64,000 nucleotides of DNA from Moniliella sp. 'wahieum' (taxonomy: Eukaryota), in assembly GCA_003971905.1 (NCBI GenBank), contig RSEE01000022.1:186001-250000 (forward strand), written 5' to 3'. The notes beneath the pieces are model-generated. The model ran no database searches and was not told the origin of the DNA. It was given only the letters and a program-made list of their open reading frames with translations. Made by a program: the position numbers and the translations under genes. Below are positions 26,093 to 37,843 of the stretch, piece after piece (position 1 is the stretch's first letter; each line of letters opens with the position of its first letter).

Positions 26093-27326
26093 ATGATGGA
26101 GTTGAAGCAGGACGAGAACTGGCGGCAAATGCGCGAGGTTGGTGGCAGCACGCACGAACCACACGGCCGTCGGACGCCCGAGGCTGTCAAAATGCATATA
26201 AATATGCCAATGTAACGCCACTCTGTTCGCTCTCTTCGAACCGGAGATCCACGCCCCCCAACACTAAATCCATCGATCAGAGACATACATATCTTGCGTC
26301 GATAATCGCCGATAATTGATAACACTGCAGATTTAATATTTACCCCGCATCCGCAGTAACAAAAACCCCAATCGGATCCTTTATGCTTCGTATTCCTCCT
26401 CCCTCGCGTGCACTTCAACATATATAAACGTCAATTGGCGCTGATACTCTGATCCGCTGACGCGGGAAGCTGACTGAAGGAGGTAGATCTCCGGACTCAG
26501 GGTAGGTACAGGAGGCTATCGCACGTTTGGGCTATATTGTGGACCGAAGCTCATCTCCCTGACAGTGACCTATATTTATTAGTGTCATAATTGAGGCATT
26601 GGGGGGGACCGTTGAGATGACTGCGCAGTGGAGTTTTGCATGTGAGATATGACTGCGTGTAGTTTTGCAGCTGTGGGACATACTATATTGCCTTTGACTC
26701 CTATACAGAGTTTGGGAACAAACGAGACGGACGCTAAACAGAGAGCGTTCTTTGTGGTTTCTTCCTTCACCCTCTGCCGCTCTTTTCCTTCGTCTTTGGG
26801 TTTGTCAGCTATACGCTCCGCTATAGTACGTTGTTTTGTGTGGTGGGTACATTCTTCCTCCATAGATATTCGTTTCCCGTATCTCCTTTTTCTCCTTAGT
26901 AGTTGTGCCTCGTTTCGGGTATGACAAGCATCACATTTACTAATATGTGGACCACACAAAAGTGTAGAATAGCTCTCGTTCCAGGATAAGAGTCTCTCCA
27001 ATATACATTCTCAACATCCACAATCCACATACATATATCCACATACATATATACAACCAGAGTTCCATCCCTCGTGCGTGATGCACGCACAAATGGCCTC
27101 ACTCTGGTATCAGCCAAAGGCTAACGCCGAGGTTCCATCATAGGGAGAGAGAGTTAAAGATCTGCCAGAAAGATATACCTACTCCACACCGCATCTTCAG
27201 AATGTTGAACGCCGGATAGCATGACGTTATTCCGAGGCAAGAGAGAAATGATGGACGAGGGCTCGTTAAATGAGAAAAAGGGTGTGTGTGTTGCTTGTGA
27301 CAAAATAGGCCCAACTTTCCTTCCCT

Positions 27327-30300
27327 CTAGCACTGAATGGGCCCAAAATGAGAATCAAACCAGCCGTCCATGTCCTGCCAGTATCCGTCAGAACGAACAA
27401 AGTATTTCCGCACCATGGTCGGGGTACCTCGTCCGGCCAAAGTGATTTAGAACGGAAAGGCGAGGAGGGAGTTGGAGTGCGGACAGGTGGTAAAGGCGAC
27501 CGTTTTCCTGATGGGTAAGGAGATCGCTTTCCTGATGGCTGCGGGGAGGGTGCGGGCGATTCTGGCCTTCTCCTTTGTTGCAACAGAAGCACTTTGGTCA
27601 AAACAGCCTGGGACCCAATTGCGTATTTAGTTTGAGCCTCTGTGCCCGCCTTGAGCGGGACAGAGAAAGTGGTTGTCCCTTCTTTAGCGGCGCGTCGAGC
27701 CGAGCGAGAGGAACCTTGCGTTCATTCGCTGCCTTGGCCACGGCTACCTCCAAATCATCCATCTTGTTGGCCACGTACGGAGCCCACGCCCAATCGCCCT
27801 GTTCCGTGAAGCCACCAGAGGAGCGATAGGCCTCGCCTACTCCCACGGCTGGGCGTGACGGTCGCCTCTGGGATGTGTTGGCCGCCTGCAAAGGGGAGAC
27901 ACTTGCCCCTCCCTTTTGCCTCATCCCTGTTCTTGGCGTCGCGGACCCGCCCACTGTACGCCCCAATCCGGACCAGACTCGTCCCAGAGCGCGTGTGGCC
28001 GGGGGAGGTCGGGAATCCACCGCTGAGGACGACCTGCCTTTGACGAGAGAGTGCCGGTTGCGTGTATAGGTAGGAGAGAGCAAATTGTTAGCGTCACCTC
28101 TGGGAGACAAGGCTGGTCCAGGAGATCGAGATGGAGGGGTCTTGAGTGGGTCCATAACTGTGGTCGGCCGGACCAAGGTCGGGGTGGCACGGGTGGAAGC
28201 CGTCACCAGTCGAAGCGGTACATTTTGTTTCCCTTTGAAACAGCAGTAGGGCTCGAGGCTGAGCTACCTCTCCCTTTTCATGCGAACGGTGCGAAAAAAG
28301 TCGACTTGCCTTATTTTCCTCATTCGATTGAGGACGGGATGGTGCTCGTGGTACCTGGAGCTGCAACTGGGGATCCGAGTTTGTTTGCCAATGGTTTCGG
28401 GCTGAGGGGGATATGAACAGTTGATGCACGGAGCCGCGGAATGCGGCTGGCATGAAATGGAATTCGCGACAACAGTGTTCGGCTTGCTGGTGTTGCTGGA
28501 TCAAGAGTAGGGGAGGATGCTCCTATCGGGGTGGGATTCCTTCATAGAAGAGGAAGCATGCGAATCAAACCGTGATGTCAGTTTCCATGAAAAAGAGGAG
28601 GCCACAGCAGGCTGTGGAGACGTGTCCTGCTGCGGCAGTGAAGGTAGGGCAAATTGGTCGGAGGCAGCGCACTTCACTGAAGTACGCGATGGATATTCCT
28701 CCACCACTCTTCCGGCAGTCCAAGAAGGGACGATCACTGGCGATGATAGAGGAACCGACCGAGCCGGTGATGGAGCTAGTGCTCGTAATACTGGCGACCG
28801 CGGAGTGCCTAGTGGCTTGCCACGAGGACCAGAAAAGAAGCGCTGCTTGGGTGGCTCGGGTGTATCGGACGACTGGCCGACGGCTGAGGGGTCTGAGTGC
28901 GCGGCGTATCCCAATGAGGGGGTGGGGGCATAGGAGAGGTCAACGATATTGGACCTGTAGATACCGAGGAATGGACGAGGCAAGCGAACGCAAGCTGCTG
29001 TTGAACTCGCCTAGTTGTGCGCGTAAAGTCGTTGATCCGCACCATCAACGCCCCTTTCCGCTGCTCGACATCTTGCATCCCCGCAATCAAACGGCCATGA
29101 GGTGCATGCTGGATCACCACTGCCAAGGAAGCCTGAGCTCGATCCAAGGCAGAAAGATAGTACTCTTTGCGAGAGGTCCAAGTCTGAACAGCCTTCGCAA
29201 GCTCTTTCTCAGCCTCGACCATACTTACCCCGACGTCCCTTGATGTAGAAGGTTCCTTGAGAGCGGATTGAGCTTGAGTTAGTGCCTGCTCTGCTGTGGA
29301 CATAACGGTTCCAGAGTGGTGCAAAGGTTGGCTGCATGCTCGGGCACTAAATCAGGAGTACGCAGGTCTGCTGCCGCCTCATTCCGGGCAGCGACGACTT
29401 GAGCTTTGACCTGTTTCCATTCGCGTTCGAGTGTCTGGAACTGTAGCGTGACCCACTTAGACAGAGGACCGTGCTGGCCGATGCGACCTTCTCGTTCAAT
29501 TGCTGGCGAGTTGGAGGAGGACGGTTGGATAGTCTGAGGTGTCAGCAGGTCCGGGGCAGCGATAGAAAGGGGGGAAATGAGGGCATGAATCAGCTCGTCA
29601 TCAAAACTACCCGATGTCACCCCAGTACTCGTAGTGTTAGCGGAGGTAAAACTGGAAATACTGCCGTAGAGTGGCGCAGCCGTTGATGTCGCTCTAAATT
29701 GGGACTTGGTTTTCCCCTACGCCCCCTTGCCTGGGACCCAATAAGTGAACGCCGTTTTCGGAAAACTTTAGCCCATGATTTGCGTCTTGCTTTTCCAGCT
29801 CTGCAGCGGCCGCCATGGCCTTGTTGCCACATTGATTTGCCAGATCCAAGGCATGGTCTAGCATCTGCTGGTCCTCTGCGTCAGCGGTTCCTGATGGGGA
29901 CAACGTTCCCACATCCCTTGGCCGCGTGACGACGCTCGTGGAAAATAAACAGGGCAACACGAACGGCATCGATGGCAGCGCTCCAGGAGAGGAAAGCCGA
30001 TATACAGGGATTGGGGCGTTGAGGTCGGTGGAGGGGGGGCTAGGAGGAGGTTGAGGAAGGCTGAGGTGGGCCAAGGTGGGAGTGGGGCCAGGCTGGGGAG
30101 GGTCATCCTGGTGGTTAGCACGTCAGGGGCAGTTGATCGAGAGCAGGTGTGAACAGAGAGAAATGGGCAGGCGAAAGTGATGAAGAAGACCCATCGTGGG
30201 CCTGCATGCTCAAATCAATGGCATTCTGAGCGTGGGCTGCGCTCGGCAAGAAGGACATTGGCATGCCGGGCGGAGGCGGAGGGCTGGAACTGGGGTTGGG

Positions 30301-30496
30301 ACTGGGGCTGGAGAGGGGCGAAACGTCGTCGGAGGCTGCTATATTATGTTGGGAGACGGAGGCGAAGGATGGCGCGTGCCCGCGCGCGTGCGCTGGCCAG
30401 TGCGGCGCCGGGCGATGAAACGGCGGGAGGTGATGGGAGAGGAGACTCAGGGGAGGAAGGATGCCGCGGGTGGCCCGTGCTGCTGATGGAGGGCAT
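27327..30496 (-). CDS. Coiled-coil protein with a C-terminal GAR/Gas2-like microtubule-binding domain
   Basis: Helical segments (LQFQTLEREWKQVKAQV, MVEAEKELAKAVQTW), an S/P/R-rich linker, then YVANKMDDLEVAVAK...TKYAIGSQAVLTKVLL...YFVRSDGYWQDMDGWFDSHF-stop, resembling GAR-domain motifs (LDVAV, KYxxG, VRVGGGW). Confidence 0.5.
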
Positions 30497-31120
30497 TGGA
30501 TGGAGCGCGGAAATGGTGGGCAAGAGGGAAGGAGGGAGCACGGGGCGGCGAATAGGCTCTATGGTGCCCCCTTAGGAACATGACTTATCCATCGTGATGT
30601 GTGCCAGATGCTCTCTTCTCTCTCTGTATGAACCCCGCGTGGTAATTATTAGCTCCACCAGCCCAGCTACTTACGCCCTCATTGCGCCACATGTGAAAGT
30701 TTCCACTTTCTCGCCCCTCGCCGCCCTCTCCCCTTTTGAATTCAAAGAATTTGCAGGGCTTCAACCACCATCGGGACCATAACTACCACTAGAACCGCTT
30801 CTATGACTTGCTCATCTATCATGATCGAGCTCGGCTCCGGTGTGTGTGTGTGGTACTATTAGCTACGACTCTGTGGGTGCAACATCAAAATATTGAGTCG
30901 AAGCGTGTTGGCCCTATTAGGGAAGAGAGAAAAGACAGTAGCAGGAGATAAAAGCAAACACGGCCCGAGAGCACGAGGGATGGCGCACGCGCGAGTCCAA
31001 TTAAAGTATGATACTACTAGTAAGGTGACCTGGTGCCCGCGTACCAGAGGGTCCCGTTAAGGAAGCCATCATATATTTTCACGTCAGAAAACATCACAGA
31101 TACCCCCGCCGATGAGAGAT

Positions 31121-34100
31121 CTACCACGCCGCCTTGGCTACCCAACTGCGCGGGAAGCAGCGCACCAGCAACTTGCGGCATTCGTCCATCACGATCACCC
31201 CCAGCGCCAGAGGAATGGGGATGAACCAGAAGCGGATGGGAACAGGTGCAGTGCCAAAGGTGGTTTGGAACCAATTCACCTCGGTCACCAGAATCGCAAT
31301 CCCAATGGATACCAGTGGACCGAGCAACACCGATAGGTTGCGGCGCTTCTTGTTAAAGATCGGGTCGGACTGGAGTAGCGACATGCGTTTGGACCGAACC
31401 GAGAGTAGGTTGCCGATCTGCATGATGACCAGCGTGACGAAAAAGATCGACTCGCCAACGTTGGTAAAGTTGGTGATCTCTGCGGCCGTGTAGCCATGGA
31501 AGCCGTCACCCCAATTTTCATACAAAAAGAACAGGTCCCCAATGTTGAAGCCTCCGTCTTGCTTAAGGTACAAAAAGAACATGCCCATCGCGCTCAGCAT
31601 CTCCATCATACCCACAAACCCATACGCCTGACCATACAGCTTAAAGTTGACGAGATGTTCCTGTTTCTTCCGGGGTGGCAACGACAGCAGATCAAACTCC
31701 TCCTTCTCAAAGATCATGCAGAGCGAGCAAGCCAAATCGGTCAGAAGGCAGATGACGATCATCTGGAATGACGACAGGGGAAGCTGGAGAAGAAATACTG
31801 CGAGTCAGGATCCAGAAATGTCAAAGGCAGCAAGGATACCCTAGGAGGGATGCTGGCGGGGACGTACTGGGACACCAAAGAAAACATTGGCAATGATTGG
31901 ATGTCTTCCGAAAAGGACCCAGCCGGAAGAAGGTAACAAATGACCTTCTGCAAATTCTGGAACACCAGCCGCCCCAGACGCATTCCTTCAATGATAGACG
32001 AAAAGTCACCGAGCAGAACGAGGTCGGCCGCCGCCAAGGCCACATCCGAACCGGACGCCATCGCAATGCCTACGTCGGCAGCGCGGAGAGCGGGAGAATC
32101 GTTTGTACCATCACCAGTCATGGCACAGATGTACTTGCGCTCCTGGAACTCTGAAAGGATGGCCAGCTTTTGCTCTGGCGTCGTCCGAGCAAAGACGACT
32201 TCTTCGCAGCGGCAAATAACATCCCACTGTTGTTGTGTGATGAGGGATCTCTTTTCCCTCAATGGCTAAGGCAAAAGGGGGCTCCGCCTCCGAATCATGC
32301 GGTACCTCTACCACCCGAGCAACCCTTTCACTTGATGAGAAGATGCCACACATCTCAGCAATCGCCGCCGCTGTCGTGACAAAATCGCCAGTCACCATAA
32401 AGAAGCGGCAGCCTGAGCGGCGACAGTCTTCAACGGTTCCGGATTTCAGGTTTCGGTGGGTCGACAATCCCAACCAGGCCCAAACACTCCAAGTCAGTCA
32501 TGGTGCGCGTCTCTTCTTCCGTCGGCCACCATTGGGTCGGATCGGCTTTAGACGCAATGGGCAAGCGCGAAGCGACGAGAATTACCCTTTGCCCTTGAGC
32601 TGACATGTGTTCTTGTGCTTCCATCACCGCTTTGCGCTGGTGCTCGGGCATGGAACACTTGGTCAGCAGAATGTCCGGAGCACCCTTGAAAAGGACGGTG
32701 CGTGCCCGAGCTGGCGAGGAAATCTGCTGTTGACAGGCGGTCATCATGAACTTATTGGTCGAGTTGAAGGGAAGAACAAAGACACGCTCATAGGCAGCCA
32801 GGGTGCTCTCGTATGTCGCGCTGTTCGCCACATAGTTGAGCACTGCCACATCCGTCGCATTACCCCGCGCGATTCCGTGTTCGAAATGAGGTTCCCCGTT
32901 CGTACTCGACTCGTCGTCCAACTTATCCTTCTCAGCCTCCATCGACTTGGTCTCCGATACGGCTACTACCCCTTCGCTCGCTTCAAAGAATGCGTCGTTG
33001 CACAGAACCAGGGCACGTTCAAAGTGTTGGTAGGGGGGCTCAGTCCGGGCCTTCTGCAGAGCGCCCTCAGAATCTTGCACTTTCCCGTCGCAGTAGACAG
33101 TGGTAACGGTCATCTTGTTGGCAGTCAGGGTGCCAGTCTTGTCTGACAAAAGCACATTGACCGTTCCCAGTGTCTCGACCGTTGCCAGCGATTTGGGAAG
33201 CACATCTGCATCCCGCATCCTTCGCGCCACCAAAGAAAGAGTCGAAGTCACCGCCATTGGCATTCCCTCTGGAATAAAAGACACAACGACGACTTTAGAG
33301 GAGGAAGAGAGCCGAAACGAATATGGTAAAGTCAGTTTTTGCAAAACATATGCATTTCTTCCCAAAAGGGAAGGGAGTCTCACGACGTACCATAAGGTTG
33401 ACAATGATGCCCGAAGTGCTAAGGAAGCCCTTGTGGTGCTTGCGCAAGTAAGCAAGCCAAAAGATCAACATGGAAAGGATGAGCCCAATGGTGAGGGTCA
33501 CAATAATGAAGACAAAGCGATTTACTTCCTTTTGGAGGTTGGTCGTCTTCTCCTTGCCCGTGTTGGTCAGCCGGTTGATCCGTCCCATCACCGTTTTGGG
33601 GCCGGTGAGAAGCACGAGCCCAACGCCAGAGCCGGCAGTGACATACGATCCGAGAAAGGCAACCGCTTTCGACTCGAGAAAGTTTTTCTCGGTAGCATCC
33701 AGCTCCGCCGACACTTCCTCCGATTCACCCGTCAGAATGGACCGATCAAAGGCCAAGTCGTTTGAGCCGGAGACAAGACGCATGTCGGCCGGAACACGTG
33801 CCCCCTGGGTCAAAACCACCACATCGCCCATCACCAAGTCGGCAGCGGGAACGGTAATCTTTTTGCCGTCGCGCAACACCACCGCATCCGAGGGGAGTAA
33901 TCCCATAATTGAGTTCATTACGCGAGTGGTGGACCAGTCTTGGGCAGCGTTGAAGAGACCTTGAAGGACAACGACAATCAAGATGAGAATCGCAAGGGCT
34001 AAGTTGTAGGCCTGGGGGTCCGGATTCCCCAGCGGCTTGTAACTGACCCCCAACAATATGACAGCGAGCGAGAGGATGGCTCCAAACCCACCAAAGAACC

Positions 34101-34720
34101 AAAAGAACAACTTGACGAAGTAGTTTGGTTTCTTGGACTTGAACACATTGGGACCATCCTTGCCCAGTCGTTCCTGTGCTTCAACCGCGCTGAGCCCCGT
34201 GGCGAGATTGACTTTCAGCTTGGCTGCTACGTCCGTTGCCGGGGTGAGGTGGTAGGACAGTTTAGAAAAGTAATCGGCATCCAGAGCAGTAGGGTCTTTT
34301 TGTTAGCTTTGTCTTTATTCCTGCGGGACAAAACAGGAAGGCCAAGCTTGGCAGAAATGCCTTCTGCATGGCCTTGATGCGGTGGTAGTCCTTGTGCTGG
34401 ATGTCGCCGACTTGGATGGAGAGGGTGTGAAACTCGGTGGGAAACAGTGCGCCTTGGCGCATCTGCACCGATCGGACAGACTGAATGGTGTTGGTGCGTG
34501 AACCGAGTCCGGCCGGATGGGAGACGTGGGCAGGTACCGCGCTGTGCTGGGGCGCCGTGCTGCGCCCCATGGCATGGTCACGGGCACTGCGAGCAAAGGC
34601 AGCTGCCACCGAGTTGGAAGCTGAAAGACCATGGGCCAACGTCGGAAGCGCTGGCAGATCTTCGCCCATTTCAGCGTCTGAAACTGTTGTGGCAGTGTGA
34701 CGATGATCGTAGTCGCTCAT
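31121..34720 (-). CDS. P-type cation ATPase of the Na+/K+ (P2C-like, fungal ACU-type) family
   Basis: DRSILTGESEE, FIPEGMP, LSDKTGTLT (phosphorylation site), FKGAPD, DPP, MVTGD, FARTTPEQK, TGDGTNDSPALRAADVGIAM, GRLVFQNLQKVICYLLPAGSFSE; introns near 34262-34340, 33295-33388 and 31765-31870. Confidence 0.93.
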
Positions 34721-35706
34721 GCTGAGGAAGCGGCGGGACGAACGAATCGAAAGGAGAGAGGGCTGAGAGGGGAGAGGCGATAGGGGGAATGAGCTGGGGG
34801 ATATGATTGTGTAGAGAGTGCTTGGGGAAGGCATATATATAAGGTGAATCCACTGCATGCAACAGGGTGTAGCCTCGTGCAGGGCTCTCGTTCTACTCTC
34901 CGTACAACTAAAAAGCAGAGGAAGGTGCATGCCTCCGTGTGTCGCAGTGACCTCCTGCTATCGGGTATGCCCGCCCTCAACGTTCAACAGGGGGTGTGGG
35001 ATCTTCGCCAGGTCCCAAACGATAGAGAGTGCTCCCCAAGCCAACACACAGCGCGGGTGGCCGTATTCAGGTGCTAATGAACAGCACATGTGTTAGTGGG
35101 GGTCGCACAGAGCTCCGCAATAGCGTATTATTCTATTCGAAGAGAGCTTCCCTCCTAAGCAATGTGGGGCCCCTTCTGTGCCTCCACAAAAGTTGCGCTC
35201 CTGTATAGGTGCAGACACAGCCAGGTAGTCAATGCCACATGTATAGGCCAGAGGGAACCGCTAATAGCGGACGAGGGCGAAGGGGAAAAAAGGTGTGTGC
35301 TGTGCGAGTTCGCCCGCAAATGAGGCACAGAGCACGCCGATGTGAGAGGTGATACTATGTGATGATGATAAGATAAGATGAAACCTACTCTGCCTTATTG
35401 GCTACTCTGCCTTACAGCACCAACGTGCGATTGAAATCTAGAGCACAAGGGAAGAGGAGGCTGCTCAATGATTTCGCAGCTATAGTACGTTCCTATTACA
35501 CCGGTCAAAAGCCGAACTCAAGCTCCAATTGGCAACCTTCTCGAGCTCATTGCGGCCAGTGTATTGCCCTCGGCCCACGCACGTGCCAGAGGCATACGCT
35601 GTTGGTCGCACCAACGCGCTCGAACTGACTGTACTGATCAATCCGCTGTGGGTTTTTGAAGAGTACTCCATCCGCGTCACGCACCCCACACCCACGCTAT
35701 AGGTGT

Positions 35707-35728
35707 TCAACGTTCAACTGAACGTTCA
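35707..35728. repeat. ACGT lattice TCA ACGT TCA ac TGA ACGT TCA
   Basis: Read directly; a related inverted copy lies at 53502-53530. Confidence 0.8.
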
Positions 35729-37504
35729 ATATACTGCGTGTGGACATGTGCATGGAATGTGTGTGATGCGTGGCAATATACAAACGATGGATATAATGCC
35801 CTACACCCACGGTAATCTCTACTCTTCCGCGTCGCTCAGGGCTGCTCAGGCCTCTAACCACCTCGACCCAATCGGTGGCAAAAACAACAGCAAAATGCGC
35901 ATGCAGCTCATGCACTGGCGATTGCACATTCCACCCTTTGCCCCCCTGCTCTGATCCCACCCTTTGCCCCTTCTTCTCCCGATTCCCACGCAGCATTCTG
36001 TTTTGTGAAGAATCTCATTCAATACCGGCTACTCCCCGTCCAATATATCCACAAAATCACCTTGTCGGGGGTTTTAATAACCGTGCGTTTATACTGCGTT
36101 TTTGATGAAACGTCTGTTGATGGAAAGGTGATTTTCCTTCAAGGGTTATGCTGTACGTGGCGCTCGGGAAGTTTTTATTCCTGGACACAGTCCTGTATGC
36201 CGTTTTGGCATCTATTCTAAACACACTTCTCAGTCCCGTTCGACTATCGAGAGAGAGCCTGCGGACACGTCCATGGCGGAGATATCATCCGCGGCCCGCG
36301 CCATGATTGCTTGGGCTCATCGGTGCGATGCTTTGTGCTCATCGCGCCAGCCTTGGCAGAACCTACTGTTACCTGCTAGAAAATTCCCCAAATTATGTTT
36401 ATATACCTGTGTATGAGGTGCATGAGGCACTTGAGGCTCTTTCCATCTGAATATGTTAAGTATAGCCTCTATTAGGGCTCGCTTGTTGCGGTGGCCTTAT
36501 CGAACATCCCGTTACGCCTCTTCTGTTACACCTGCTGCAGCACCTGTTCACCTTATTACATCTGTTCCTGTTCCAACCTTTCCCTACATCTCTCCCCCCC
36601 TTCCACCTTATAGCCAGGATTACTCTCACAAAATACTAAGCGCGTTTGATCTTCATTACGACTCCGTCTGATTCCGCCTATTACAGCGCGTGAGTGTGTG
36701 GTAACGCCCCTGGTCGTCTTACTACGCAGAGTTCCTGGACCCTTTCAACTGGTCTGAAGACGACCTACGTATGCTACTCCTACCTCGGAGGGTCTGACCT
36801 TTGCACGCAGACACAGCCACCCAAACTAGAGGGTCTCTCCTCGCATCTGCACCGCTCGGTTCGACCAGGATCTGAGGCCGGACATGCCTTAGGCCTTACG
36901 TGGCTCGATTGGCTGTCCAACGTTTTGCATGCCTAAACGACAGGTGTGGGTTCCACCTCCCGGGGTTGAATGATGCATCGCTCGCTATACTGTGTGGACC
37001 ACACAACAGGGGCGTTGGAGGATCACGGATGGGGCTTGGAGGTGGAACGTGCGGACCACACAGGTAATGTGAGGAACTCGGATAGAAACAGAGGTTGCGC
37101 ATAACCCGAAGGGGATACATGAGGAGGTTACAACATCTGCGGAACGCGGGGAGAAGGAGCTGCATCGACTGTTGCATTTTATTGGAGAGCACAATATTGA
37201 ACCGGAATGCGACAAAAGCAAACGCCAATGGTCATTAATTGACCGCCCGATGATCATCATCGCATATCGTCATCGTCCATCGACATCGTCTTCGCTACCC
37301 CACCTTTTGCGTCAATATACCTCGCCGCCCACACCCTACGACACGCCTGCCCTTCAAGCTTTTAGCATACAGCTATGCAGTGTCTCTCCGCCTTTTTGAT
37401 ACGCGCGCGGTGGCCGCGGCTGCGACGACCCAAAGATGGCGGCGAGTCTTACTGACGGACGACGGAACTGGGGGTAGTACGTGGTGGCCATATAGCGAAG
37501 CTAG

Positions 37505-37608
37505 TGAAGCTTGAAGCTTGAAGTTGCCTAGTCGCCAGGCCACTCGCCCAGCCTTGTCACATGTCACACGGCCGAATAGAGTTCCAGGTGCGGCAGGTTT
37601 ATCGATTA
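37505..37608. repeat. TNA-palindrome units upstream of GYP7
   Basis: 37505 TGA AGCT TGA AGCT TGA; 37557 TCA CATG TCA; 37599 TTA TCGA TTA. Confidence 0.8.
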
Positions 37609-37843
37609 CCTAAATCGATAAGCAGCCGCTCCCCCGTGCGATGCCGGCGGCCGCAGGCAGGCAGGCATGGCGCCGGTGGGTGAGCGCATGGAGCTGTGCG
37701 CTCGGCCAGCCCCAGCACCTCCACCACCCATCTGCCCGCCGCCAACCATCTCCCAGCCGTCTCCGCCGCTCGCAGCCGCGCGATGATCGCCGTGCTCGCC
37801 GCTGGTGATTCCCGCCGGCGTCTTCTTCCCATCCACACCGCCC

